Origin: Octopus sinensis
Taxonomy: Eukaryota
Length of the DNA stretch: 64,000 nucleotides
NCBI RefSeq assembly: GCF_006345805.1
Contig: NC_042998.1
Location: forward strand, 23,250,001 to 23,314,000
Direction: 5' to 3'
The notes under the pieces were generated by a model, which did no database searches, was not told the DNA's origin, and saw only the letters and a list, made by a program, of their open reading frames with translations. Positions within the stretch are counted from its first letter, which is position 1; each line of letters starts with the position of its first letter. Shown here in pieces: positions 37,260 through 50,719 of this stretch. Made by a program: the position numbers and the translations under genes.

Positions 37260-37343
37260 TCATCATCATATGTGCATTCCATTCTTGTTGCTTTTTTCTT
37301 GGTTATATATATATATACACAGACACACATATATATATATGTA

Positions 37344-37553
37344 CAGGGTGTCCCAGAAGTTGCTTACCACCCTGGTTTTTAAAAAAAATACACCCTTACT
37401 GATTTCAAAATCACGTTATTGAAATTAATCGTAACAAATGCTCAAACTGAGCACCCTCTACAATAAAACATGCCGAAAAAAATATGATAAAATAAATCGC
37501 TTTAATAATTTTTAATGCAAACCAGAATGGTGCGCGACTTCTGGGACACCCTG
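37344..37553. mobile_element. Tc1/mariner MITE
   Basis: Perfect 17-bp TIR CAGGGTGTCCCAGAAGT and TA target duplication on both sides. Confidence 0.9.
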
Positions 37554-37820
37554 TATACACACACACACACACACACATATATATAATTATGTATGTATGT
37601 TTAGATATCCATAGATAAGAAAGGCAGATAGATATGCATATATGCATACATATATACATAAATTTACTGGCACTGATATCTTTAAAAGCTAATAATTATA
37701 GTTATGAAGAGTTAAACTTATCTTTCTAATTTGCAACTATTATTTTACAAGCTATATTATATATAAATATTATTACAAATTTTACGAATGTTATTTGCAT
37801 TATCTAATGTTCCTCTACAG

Positions 37821-37928
37821 GAACAGGTAATATTATGTGCCAAAAATCATATTTGATTTCATTGAGAGTGAGAATGTCAAAAATGTGGGCAAAAAATGGA
37901 AACGTTTCCAACAGCTTAGAACAGATGT
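37821..37928 (+). other. Candidate 108-nt internal exon of the unidentified plus-strand gene
   Basis: Acceptor ttcctctacAG, donor GTAAGT; open in phase 1-1 (TGNIMCQKSYLISLRVRMSKMWAKNGNVSNSLEQM). No homology recognised. Confidence 0.3.
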
Positions 37929-38853
37929 GTAAGTGTGCGTGTGTGAGTGTGTGTTAGTATGAAGCTGTGTACCAAATTATATGATTCATATAACTATATA
38001 TATGTATGTATGTATTTATATATATATGTGTGTGTGTGTGTATTTATATATGTAGGTGTGGCTGTGTGGTAAGGAGCTTCCTTGCCAACCACGTGGTTCC
38101 GGATTCAGTCCCACTGCATGGCACCTTAGGCAAGTGCTTCTACTATAGCCTTGGGCCAACCAAAGCCTTGTGAGTGGATCTGGTAGATGGAAACTGAAAG
38201 TAGCTCGTTGTATATATGTACATATATCTATGTTTGTTTGTCCCCCCATTGCTTGACAACCGATGTTGGTGTGTTTACGTCCCTGTAACTTAGTCGGTTC
38301 AGCAAAAGAACCCAATAGAATAATTACCAGGCTTAAAAAATAAGTACTGGGGTCGATTCATTTGACTAAAAATTCTTCAAGGTGGTGCCCCAGCATGGCC
38401 GCAGTCTAGTTACTGAAACAGGTAAAAAATAAAAGATGTATATATATATGTGTGTGTGTGTGTCTGTGTTTGTCCCTGCACCATCGCTTGCAACTGATTT
38501 TGGTGTGTTTACATCCTCTGCAACTTAGCAGTTTGGCAAAAGAGACAGATAGAATAAGTAGAAGGGTTACAAAGAATTAAGTCCAGGGGTCAATTTCTTT
38601 GACTAAGAGGCGATGCTCCAGCATGGCCACAGTTAAAATGACTGAACCAAGTAAAAGAATATCTGTATATGTGTGTATGTGTGTGTTTGTTCCCCGCCAC
38701 TGCTTGACGTTGGTTTGTTTACATTCCTGAAATCTAGCAGTTCAGCAAAGAGCACTGATGTTGATTTGATTGATTACACCTGTCATGGTAGTGTCTCAGG
38801 ATGGCTGCAGTCTAATGACTGAAAAGGTAACAGGTAAAAACTTAAATATATGA

Positions 38854-38891
<38 letters not shown>

Positions 38892-40384
38892 CAATAAGAA
38901 AATGGAGGGGATTAATAGGTGGTTCATCAACTTTTAGACATTATATTATGTTAACTTATTTATTTATTAACGGCAAAATATCTCTTTACCTTCACCCATT
39001 TAGTACACTAGGTAATGTAACTGTAATGCAATAAAAAACACTTGTGTATTAATAATTGGGTATTCTACCAGCAGTATATTGGATGGATATTATCCCTTAG
39101 TGGGTTGGATTCACAACCTCTAACTTTCTTGGAGTTATGTGAAACTCCGAGTAACAGGTTTTGTTGAATTTCTGCTGCTTTTAAATAAAGCATATTACTC
39201 TACCCCTGGTATTTGAGTACTCTTTTTTCCACCTTGTTTCACATTTATGTGTTTACTCCGGTATATATATATATATAGATATATATCTATATCAATGTGT
39301 GTGTGTAGTAGTAGTAGTAGAAGAAGAATAAGAAATAGAAAATCTTTGGTATAATATTATATGTTTGAAAAATTGAATACAAATGGCTTTTGCGATAATT
39401 TTTCCACTTTAATAATTAGATGTTTATAACTTTCAGAAAAGCCATTTCTATTCATTTTTTTCAAACACACATACACACACACAGACAGATAGATATAGAT
39501 AGATAGATAAATAGATAAGATAAATAGGTACACACATAAATATACATCTATCTATTTTAATAGGCATATACATATGCACACACTCATATATTTAGAGAGA
39601 GAAAGAGAGTGAGAGAGAGGAACACAAAAAGATCTTTGAAATGTATGAGTGTGTGTGTGTGTGTGTGTGTGTGCATGCATGTGTACCTGTAGGTTTGTAT
39701 TTAAACACACAGATGTTTTATACTTACATATAAACACACATGCACACACATCCGATTCTAATAATTTATGGGTTTTCCATTTCATACATTGGAGTTCCAA
39801 TTTGTAGAGTTTTCATCTTCTGTTCTCAAAGATATTTACAAGAAAGTGTTTTTAGCACTGAGAATTACTGCCAGAGTTTACTACGGACAATTCTTTATTG
39901 ATTTCTTTTGTCTAGACGTAGGTCCAGTATTTATAAATGTAAAATATAGTTAATTTTATCATCTCCCATTCATGATGGTGCTTATTTTATTGACTGTTTG
40001 CGAGATGGTAAGCAAAGCCAATTGTAGGTGAAATTGAACTCTGGCCCATGTCGTTCTAAAATCACATCAGAAGTGACATCCAGTTTGGTATCGTAGTATC
40101 TTTGGTCATCTCTCTGTGTTTTACAAAATTTATTATGTTGAAAAAAAAAAAAAAGAAACTTTTGTTTAGCCCCTGGTCAGTCCCAGTTAAGAAGATTTAT
40201 GATCAAAGGCATTCCAGTTTTAGAAGAGAACACATTTTCCAGTATGATGTTCTGTTCTAAGATAGTAAGGCATGATGTTTTATGGGGATTTAGCTGTTGT
40301 TTTTAGAAGGTTGAACAATACAGAGTCACCCTTATTTGCTCATTCCTTCTATTGAAAGTGTGGGTTATAATGCTTTTAATAGTT

Positions 40385-40710
40385 CATGGCTCAGTGGTTA
40401 GAGCGTCGAGCTTACGATCGTGAGGTTGTGAGCTCGAATCCCGGACTGGGCTGTGTGTTGTGTTCTTGAGCAAGGCACTTTATTTCACGTTGCTCCAGTT
40501 CGCTCAGCTGTAGAAATGAGTTGCGATATCACTGGTGCCAAGCTGTATCGACCTTTGTCTTTCCCTTGGATAACACTGGTGGCTTGGAGAGGAGAGGCTG
40601 GTATGCATGGGCGACTGCTGGTCTTCCATAAACAATCTTGCCCGGACTTGTGTCTAGGAGGGTAACTTTCTAGGTGCAATCCCATGGTCATTCATGACCG
40701 AAGGGGGTCT
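40385..40710 (+). mobile_element. tRNA-derived SINE (CATGGCTCAGTGGTTAGAGCG head)
   Basis: tRNA-like A/B boxes, then SINE body. Inserted into an older repeat whose flank GATGTTCTGTTCTAAGATAGTAAGGCATGATG recurs at about 40247 and 40736. Related heads at 21731-21960 and 43672-43830. Confidence 0.75.
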
Positions 40711-41559
40711 TTTTAGTTCACGATATATTTCTAGTGATGTTCTGTTCTAAGATAGTAAGGCATGATGTTTTAAGGAGATTTAGCTGTTGTTTTCAGAAGG
40801 TTGAACAATACAGAGTTTCCTTTATTTGCTCATTTTGCCAGGCGAAATGCTTAGCAGTATTTTGTCTGTCGCTACGTTCGGAGTTCAAATTCTGCCGAGG
40901 TCGACTTTGCCTTTCATCCTTTTGGGGTCGATAAATAAAGTACCAGTTACGCACTGGCATCGATGTAATCGACTTAATCCCTTTGTCTGTCCTTGTTTGT
41001 CCCCTCTATGTTTAGCCCCTTGTGGGCAATAAAGAAATATATATATATATATATAGATCACGATATATTTTTAGTAATCAATTGATCAATGTTGCAGGAA
41101 ATGGAAATGAAGTCAACTATAGCAGCATTTGAACCTAACACAGTCAGGTACTGGACAATATAAAGCAGAGCATCAAACCCTGGACTCGACTATCTTGGCT
41201 ATCCTGACTGCTTTTGTTCATATTAATAATAGAAAATCAATACATTAGTCATTTGGGTTTTCTTTATTTAGTACAATCAATAATCCAATTTTTCCATATT
41301 ATTTACTATAGGCATGAATCTCTTTCATAATTTTCTCATTACTGGTTTAGTTATGGGCTTGGTTAAGACACTTAACTCTACCAACCACATAAACAAAACT
41401 TTCAAGGCTAACTAAGAGATTATAAATTACTTTCAAACTGTTCATAAAGTCAGTCGTCTAATGTTTAAGACATTTTGTTTTTATCCCTCATCTTAATTAT
41501 CAGAGTTAACATTTCTAGAGGATAGTAATTAACTAATTATTTACACAGAATAGATTAAA

Positions 41560-41800
41560 TCATTAATAGAATATTTAGTTCCAGCCTGGTTGTTTGATCT
41601 GATTTTGGCTCAAGTTGAAAATCTAACAATCGTACAAATGCTTACAAAATCAAAAAAAAACAACATAGCACCCATTGCTTTTGGAAACATTTTTGCACAC
41701 TCAGAATTACTGAAGCATGGAATAAACTACCTGCATCAGTTTTTAGCAGTCGGGACACCAAATCTTTCCAAACTTCCTGAAATTCGCCAACAGTACACCA
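41560..41800 (+). mobile_element. CR1/L2-type LINE 3'-end remnant
   Basis: Translation includes RITEAWNKLPASV, typical of CR1/L2 C-termini. Confidence 0.55.
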
Positions 41801-42626
41801 GTTTCTTCTTCCTTTTTTTCCCCCCCATAGACTTTAATGTACATTGCATGCAGTTTTGGCAGCTTTTTCTGATGAGTTGTAGTGCACCTGAGCACCGTAC
41901 ACACTAAGTTCATTACTATTCTACAGTGAGATCATCATCATCATCATTTAACATCCATTTTCCATGCTAGCACGGGTTGGACGGTTCGACCGGGTTCTGG
42001 GAAGCGAGGAGGCTGCACCAGGCTCCAGTCTGATCTGGCAGTGTTTCTACAGCTGGATGCCCTTCCTAATGCCAACCACTCCGTGAGTATAGTGGGTGCT
42101 TTTTATGTGCCATCGGCACAGGTGCCAGGGGAGGCTGGCAGTGGCCCCGATCGGTTGGTGCTTTTTACGTGCCACCGGCACAGAAGCCAGTCAAGGTGGT
42201 CCTGGCATCAACCACGTTCGGATGGTGCTTTTTACGTGCCACTGGCACAGGTATCATAACTACGATTTCCATTTAACATTTATTTTGATGTTGATGTACT
42301 TGACTCAATAGGTCTCCTCAAGCACAGCAGGTCATGTGGGGGAGGGATAGATTATGTTACTTACTAATAAACTTTTACTTTCTTTTATCTTTCTGTTATT
42401 TGTTTGTCACGAGGGTGTGGCCATGCTGGGGTACCCCTTGAAAAATTCTTAGTCGAATAAATTGACTCATCTACTCATATTCTTTTTCTTAAGCCTCATA
42501 CTTTCTCTATTGGTCTCTTTGTTTTGTCCCCCACCATCGCTTCACAACTGGTGTTGGTATCCTTATGGCCCTTTAACTTAGCAGTTTGCCAATAGAGAAC
42601 AATAAAATAAGTTCCATGCTTTAGAA

Positions 42627-43292
42627 CAGGGATGGCCAACTTTTTGTCAACTGGGGGCCACGTTGTACCATTTCCAAGTGGGAGAGAGCCGTATGATAAT
42701 ACACTGAATTTTTTTGCAGTTCTTCTTAATTTCATTTGTTTTAGTATGAAATTTTATTTGTCTCAGTATAAAATTTTATTTGTCTTAGTATGAAATTTTA
42801 TTTGTCTTAGTATGAAATTTTATTTGTCTTAGTATGAAATTTTATTTGTCTTAGTATGAAATTTTATTTGTCTTAGTATGAAATTTTATTTGTCTTAGTA
42901 TGAAATTTTATTTGTCTTCGTATAAAATTTCATTTGTCTTAGTATGAAATTTTATTTGTCTTAGTATGAAATTTTATTTGTCTTAGTATGAAATTTTATT
43001 TGTCTTAGTATGAAATTTTATTTGTCTTCGTATAAAATTTCATTTGTCTAAGTATGAAATTTTATTTGTCTTAGTATGAAATTTTATTTGTCTTAGTATG
43101 AAATTTTATTTGTCTTAGTATGAAATTTTATTTGTCTTAGTATGAAATTTTATTTGTCTTAGTATGAAATTTTATTTGTCTTCGTATAAAATTTCATTTG
43201 TCTTAGTATGAAATTTTATTTGTCTTAGTATGAAATTGGTAACCTAGATACTCAACAAGGGCTGCATGTGGCCCGCATGTTGCCCACGCATG
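42627..43292. mobile_element. hAT (Charlie-like) MITE containing a 22-bp minisatellite
   Basis: TIRs CAGGGATGGCCAAC / GTTGCCCACGCATG; perfect 8-bp TSD CTTTAGAA at 42619-42626 and 43293-43300. Confidence 0.88.
42743..43237. repeat. 22-bp minisatellite (AGTATGAAATTTTATTTGTCTT), about 22 copies
   Basis: Head-to-tail, no spacers; variant unit CGTATAAAATTTCATTTGTCT at about 42919, 43029 and 43183. Confidence 0.97.
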
Positions 43293-45676
43293 CTTTAGAA
43301 AATGAAATATATAGGTAGTGTATTTCATTAGAGATAGGGCTGTGAGAGGGTTAAGGTTTTATAAAATGACTTCAGAAACATTTTGCATGCTATTACAGGT
43401 TTTGTAGTTCCCTGATGTAAGGGGATAGACTTTTAGAATCCCTAACAATTTCATGCCTCATTTGAGACTAGTCTAATTCCATGTCTTTTCAACCTCATGC
43501 AATTTTGATTAATGTTTAGTGCCAATACTGAGTACTCATCTTACAACTGACCTGGAAAGGGATTACACCTAAGATAAAATAATTTATAAAATATTTCTCA
43601 TTTTAGTTTATAAATTATAGGCTTTTTTCACCCTTCTTCTCTTGCACTTCTGTCTATGAAACAAGTGAAGGAGTGTTGCTTAGTGGTTAGAATATTTGGC
43701 TCATGATCGTAAGGTCATAGGTTCAATTCCTGGCGATGCATTGTGTCCTTGAGCAAGGCACTTTATTTCACATTGCTCCAGTCCACACAGCTAACAAAAA
43801 TGAGTTGAACTGGTATTTCAAAGGGTCAGCCTTTATATTTATATACAGTAGGATTCTTTCAGTTTCCATCTACAAAATCCACTGACAATGCTTGGGTTGA
43901 TTTAGGCTATAGTAGAAGACACTTACCCAAGGTGCCATGCAATGGGACTGAACCAGGAACCATGTGGTTGAGAAACAAACATCTTACATTAAGGGATAGC
44001 AGCCGGCAGGAGTATGTCTCTGACATCGGCCGCGATGCTGCCGGAGACGTCTGCCAAAGCCGTCGTCGGCCCCCGCAGTGGCCGCCGCCTTCTGTTTTCT
44101 GCTCGTCTACATGCCAGGGCAACTACATTTTTGGGGTGAAAATCAAAGTGAGGCATGGGACAAAAAAAAAAGGTCTTAAAACACTGCTTAAGAAGCTATA
44201 CCAAGAGATCTCTTTGATCTCTCTCTTTCTCCTCATTGTTCTTTCCCTGTCTCTATATCTCACTTCGTTAGAAAGAAATGCTAAAAAGAAAAGGGCCTCT
44301 ATAAAATAAAACCACTCCCATCACAAGAAAAATCAAACTTATATTGATAAAAAGGGATCGCTCAGAAAGTTGACTGTATTTACACATGATCATAGCAATA
44401 GCAAAGGTAAGAAACAAAATGTTTCAGTAAGAAACAAAATGTTTTAGTCAAAAAGACATAAACCGTAAACTGTCTGGTAGAAAATGAATGAAAAGCAAAT
44501 TGGAAGTAAAAAAATATATACTTGCTAGAAGAGAATATAATATAAAAAAATTGACTAATTTAATAGCAATATAAAAAGTAGACGTTTGATAAAAAAAAGA
44601 AACTGATATGAAGTATTATATAAATGCAGTAAAGGAGAAATTTTAGATTGTTCACCTATTTATTTTAAATAAACAGATAAATATTAAGAGAGATATGTCT
44701 AAATGTATAGAATTTCTGTTCCATGTAGACAGTAAAGTTATACTTATATAATACATCACATGAATTCATACAGTTTTTTTATACTTTGCAATATATTTTA
44801 TACTAAGCACAGATGTGGTTGTGTAGTAAGAAAATTGCTTGTTCACCACATGGTTCAAGGTTCAGTCCCACTATATGGTACCCTGGGCAAGTGTCTTCTA
44901 CTATAGCCATGGGCTGACCAAAGCCTTATGAGAGGATTTCATAGATGGAAACTAAAAGAAGCCCGTCATATATGTGTGTCTGTGTGTATATGTATGTATG
45001 TGTCTGTGTTTGTCCTCCACCACCACTTGACAACCAGTATTGGTGTGTTTACATCCCTGTAACTTAGCAGCTCATCAAAAACACAGAGTAAGTACCAAGC
45101 TTTAAAAAAATGTCCAGCGGTCGATTCATTCAACTGAAATTCCTCAAGGTGGTGCTCCAGCATGGCTGCAGTCTAATGAGAGGAACAAATAAAAGATAAA
45201 ACATAAATTCTGTACACCCTGCCTGCTAGTAGGCATTAGAATAAGTGAGTTAATATGGATTAAGACAAGGATTTGATAAATCAAAATTTGGGGCACCAAT
45301 CAAGAGATTCTAGTGCCCAATTGATTGTGCTCTGTCTAAGCTGAATGTCTGGCAGCCTGTTCAGTCAGTTGGTCAACCATTCAACATAGTCTAGACAACC
45401 ATAGAAAGTTATCTTCTCAGCAAACCAAGGGTGCAACATAGTTCTGAGGTCTTATTGTTGCTATTACACTTTACTTACATTACTAAAGCATTTTATGTTA
45501 CATTAAGAAAGTCATGAATGCTACAGCTTGCATTTTACCCCTTCCTTAAAACCAGCAACAATAATCGCTAACAAATATTTGCCAGCAATTACACACATAT
45601 TCAGACAGGAAATTCAGGCATTTTATGTTTGACTACTTATTCCACCTGTATGGGAATGAAATTAGTAGTTGTTATG

Positions 45677-46075
<399 letters not shown>

Positions 46076-49000
46076 AATTTGAGATTTAATCCTCCTCTTC
46101 CTCTTCCTCCTCATCATCATTTAACGTCAGTTTTTCATGCTGGCATGGGTTGGATGATTGGACAAGAGCTGGGAAAGCCAGAATGCTACACCAGGCACCA
46201 ATTGTCTGTTTTGGTATGGTTTCTATGGCTGGATGCCCTTCCTGGTGCTAACCACTTTATTAGAGTGTACTGAGTGCTTTGTACATCGCATCAGCACAGG
46301 TGCTCTCCACCTTCAGAAACAATGGAATAATGATTAAGGAAAATAAATGTTTTTTATAAACTAATCTCATAATAACACAAAGTTTCACTCCCGAAAGATC
46401 AAATTTTTCTTTTCCTCACACAATATGAACTTCACCAAATTCACAAACTTTCTTCTGATCAAAGAGATGCATATCACCATCTCTTTCTCAACTAAACTGA
46501 CATACCTGTTGTCTTTCCTCTTTTCATCCATCTTCATGTCTCATCACTAAGACATGGCACTTTAAACACTTTGCTTAAACATTCTTCCCCAGTGCTGCAA
46601 CACTCTGGAATGATGGCTCGTTTGATTAAACTTTTTGTAGATATGCAACAAAACAACTGAAGATGATTTCATCTCATGTTGTTCTGTAACTTGGTAACCT
46701 AACATATCATTATAGAATCATAAATATAAGCGTTTGTACATACCAAAACATCAGCTGCTAAAGAATCTCAGTCAAGTGCCAATTCACTAGAATCAAAAGA
46801 CTGTAATGACGTTAATTAGAACAGAAAATGCCAGCTGGAAAGAATTTGTCTTAATCTAGTCTCAATAGGAATAAATGACAATTTTTACTAATTAGTTTTC
46901 AATTGATTTTCCCATGATAAATACTAATCTTATATACTAATGGAACATGGCCAAATGACTAAGAAGTTTACTCTATAATCATGACATCTCAGGTTCAATC
47001 CAATGTAAGGCATCTTGGAAGCCTGTCAGATGGATGGATGTACCAGTAAATCAAAAGTCTAACCTTGTCACATATTGTGTCACTCAGCCTAAGAACAATG
47101 TTAACATATTAACTGTCGTGGTTTAAGGTGGCGAGCTGGCAGAATCGTTAGCATGCCGGGCGAAATGCTCAGCAGTATTTCGTCTGCCGCTACGTTCTGA
47201 GTTCAAATTCCGCCGAGGTCGACTTTGCCTTTCATTCTTTTGGGGTCAATAAATTAAGTACCAGTTATAATAATGAAATTATTGTATACAGTGCTCAGGT
47301 GCACCGCAACTTGTCAAAAAGTGCTTATAAAGCATATGCAATAATGTACAAATGTCTGGGAAGCGAACAGTGTATGAGTCAGATACATGCTTGCATGTGT
47401 ATGGAAGGGAGAAAATCAGGTGTAGTGTTGGCGAATCTCAGGAAGCATGGAAGTTTTGAAGGATGCAGTGCTCCAACAACTAACAACTGATGTCGTACGT
47501 ACAGTGGTCAATGTAATTGATTTAATCCCTTTGTCTGTCCCCTCTACGTTTAGCCCCTTGTGGGCAATAAAGAAATAAGTTAACTGTTGTGGTTGTTACT
47601 GGAAATTACTGGTGATGCCATATATTTCCAGTCACACTGCATATTCTGTAATTACAAGGAAATGTAATTTTTTTTCGTATTTTTACAATATTTCATAATT
47701 AAACTTTGATATTAAGCACACATGTTATTTAAATATCTGTGACACCCTGTCAAAGATACAGAATAAAATATTTTCTCAAATTATGAAAATGTACCACCAG
47801 TGATGCATATGGCATTTGTGTGAAGTTTGTGAAGAATCACCAGTTGTACATATGGCAGTTAATAAGCTAAGGATACACATAGCCACAGAATACTCAACCA
47901 CTGGCATATTAATATAATAATAAAGTGGAAAGTCCAATTAAACAACTGATTACTTGTGTTTGAAACTGATGACATATCCATTTCTATGACTTCTCTACAA
48001 TTTGGTAAACATATGATAAATATATAAATAAAGTTTCAGTTACTTAGAAATGATGTTATAAGAGACTATTGTTATAAAAGCCGCATGCTTTTGTGTTTAT
48101 TCCCACTGTCTGGTACCTTGGACAAGTGTTTTCTACTACTGCGGCCCTGGGCCAACTGAAGCTTTGTGAATAGATTTGATAAACAGAAACTAAAAGAAGC
48201 CTGTCACGTGTGTGTGTGTGTGTGTGTACTTACTTTGAAGAAAGGTGGCAAGCAAGAGTGACAAGGAAATTTACAAAAAGAATGAAAATAACATGCAAAC
48301 TCTCTACTCCTTATCAATTGTCGATAATATAACATCTTAACTCCAAACTTCTTAACCAGCCAAGCAGTACACACATACACGCATGCACACACACACATAC
48401 ACACACACACACACACGCACACACACACACATAACATTCACACACACACACACACACATATGAGAAAGCTATGTTTAATTCAGAAGTGTAATGGCCCGCA
48501 GGATAACTGAGTGACTATTTGTTACCATGCCGAGGCGAATAAAAATAAACATCAAAGACTATCTCTTCACATCCATCCCACCCACACGTCACACATACAT
48601 ATGCACACACACACACATGCATGCACATTTACATACAGATATATTCCAGTGGTGGTTGGCAGGAAAAAAACCCACTAAAAAAATGCTGAAGTGAATATCT
48701 ATAATAAGTACTAAATGGTAATATTCTGATGGTTTGTACTCCAAAGCGGAAGTACTTGATATCTATTTAACTGGAAGAGATGAAAAATTGGCAGCTAGTG
48801 TTTAGATGGCCACCTCCCCCGACTTACCCAGACGTCTGTAATCCAAATATATTCCTGAAAGATTAACTTACAATGGATCCTTTCTGAGTTGCCCCAGTTT
48901 TATATTTTTTTTAACGAAACAAAACATGAGATAATGTAAACTTAACGATGTAATTTAAACATTTTGATACTTGCCTAATTTTGGAAACTCGTTAAAGAAA

Positions 49001-50719
49001 TGAACAAGAAATAGTATACTTCCTTTCTTCTCCTACACACTGTGTGTGTATGTGTGTGCATACATGTATTTATATATTAGTGTGTGTGTGTGTGAGAGAG
49101 AGTGGTAGCGTTTTTTGTTTATTTTTCCAGCTCTAAATTTATTTACACAATAGGATATCTTTATTTTGGTTGCGAAATCACAAAAAGTAAATACATTAAG
49201 AGATTTCGAGCCAACAAGTGTACTTCTAAGCAGTTGGATGCTCTTACTATTTTACTCTCTAACCTGTTTTCCAGCCTGTCAGCTGTAGCCATGCAGGGGG
49301 TTCACTACCAGCAGCAGTAATTGGTTTTGCAGGGCGGCAAGCTGGCAGAATCGTTAGGATGCCGGGCGAAATGCTTAGCGGTATTTCGTCTGCCCTTACG
49401 TTCTGAGTTCAAATTCCGCCGAGGTCGACTTTGTCTTTCATCCTTTCGGGGTCGATTAAATAAGTACCAATTACGCACTGGGTCGATATAATCGACTTAA
49501 TCCCTTGTTTGTCCCCTCTATGTTTAGCCCCTTGTGGGCAATAAAGAAATAAATATTTGGTTTTGCTTCTTTTTTCTTTTTCTTAAATTTAATTTTCTTA
49601 GTTTGAAGTGGAAAGGTAGCAAGCCTGATCTTTTCTGAGAACCTCTTGAGACTTGGAAGCAAATGTGAAGAATATATCCTACCGCCACTTTCAATCTCAC
49701 TCCAACCCCCATCCCCACCCCCCCACTCCCATACCTCCATCCACCACCCCTGCCCCTGGCTCATGGGTTGCTTTATTAGAAAGCAGCTTATCTTCAGACT
49801 AAAGACCTGATCCAAGTGGTTGCAGTAGGGAGGACCCTGCTTAAGGTAAAGGGCCAAGTTGTGGTGTTAAACCTGGCAATGAATTCAGTCTACAGCTAGA
49901 AGTAGCAGCCAATTTCTAATAAATCCCAGTTTACTATCTTAAAAAAAAGAAGGACACATTGAGTGCTATATTTACCAAAAGAAAAAAAAAAAAGAAGCAA
50001 AAGAAAATAATGGGATCGTTTTGCTTTTGATCACAGATTGCTTGATAAAGGACGACCAAGGGTTACACAACACCAACAGCAAATACATTAACAATTTTAT
50101 GAATACTTAGACTTAATTAAATCGGAATGAAAAGGAAAAATATGTAAATCATTTTTCTTGCATCATCATTATCACCACTGCTGCTCCCCCTCCTCCCCCT
50201 CCCCATGAAAGTAACCAAACACTAAGAACACAGAAAGATAATCATAAGTGACACCCAGTCCCTTATGATTATCAAAATAAAGGACTTTTGTGCTCCTCTA
50301 ACATTATATTCAATCATCAAAACCTTCAAGCCAATGGGAGACCATCTAAGTGGTTCAACGTCCAGCTAGAAATAGCAACCAAAATTTCCCTTGAATTACA
50401 TCCTATTGTCTTAAAAAGTCAACATATAGTATAATAGGGTCATTCCTAAAAAGACTCCAGGAAAAAAAAAAAAGACAGGATGATCATGGCTTGAATGCCT
50501 TTGCTTAATCAGGGCTGATTTTGGTTGGCAGTTGTTGAGGTTAAACAGCAACCATCAGCCAAAACTTTGGCACTACCATATTCCTATTTTTTTTGTTTTA
50601 GTTTCTTGAGATGGATGGTCATGGTTGGAGCACCTTTGAACAAACATTATGAGAGGACAATCACTAATCTTGTGTGTGCATGAAAACCCTTAAATTGTAT
50701 GCTGCAGATAAGTAACTAG

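Noticed and set aside
39141-39153. GAAACTCCGAGTA, resembling the 3' half of a minimal hammerhead
   Set aside because: No upstream CTGANGA; at best a truncated relic.
42743-43237. CRISPR-like regular array
   Set aside because: Head-to-tail repeats without unique spacers, eukaryotic context, no cas genes.
48700-48900. Tc1/mariner transposase remnant (WPP.SPDL-like)
   Set aside because: Only a short frameshifted motif; too degenerate to annotate with confidence.
49131-49320. Plus-strand exon candidates (also 46640, 50037, 53505, 56631, 59079)
   Set aside because: Good acceptors but weak donors or early stops and no recognisable homology; such sites are expected by chance in AT-rich introns.
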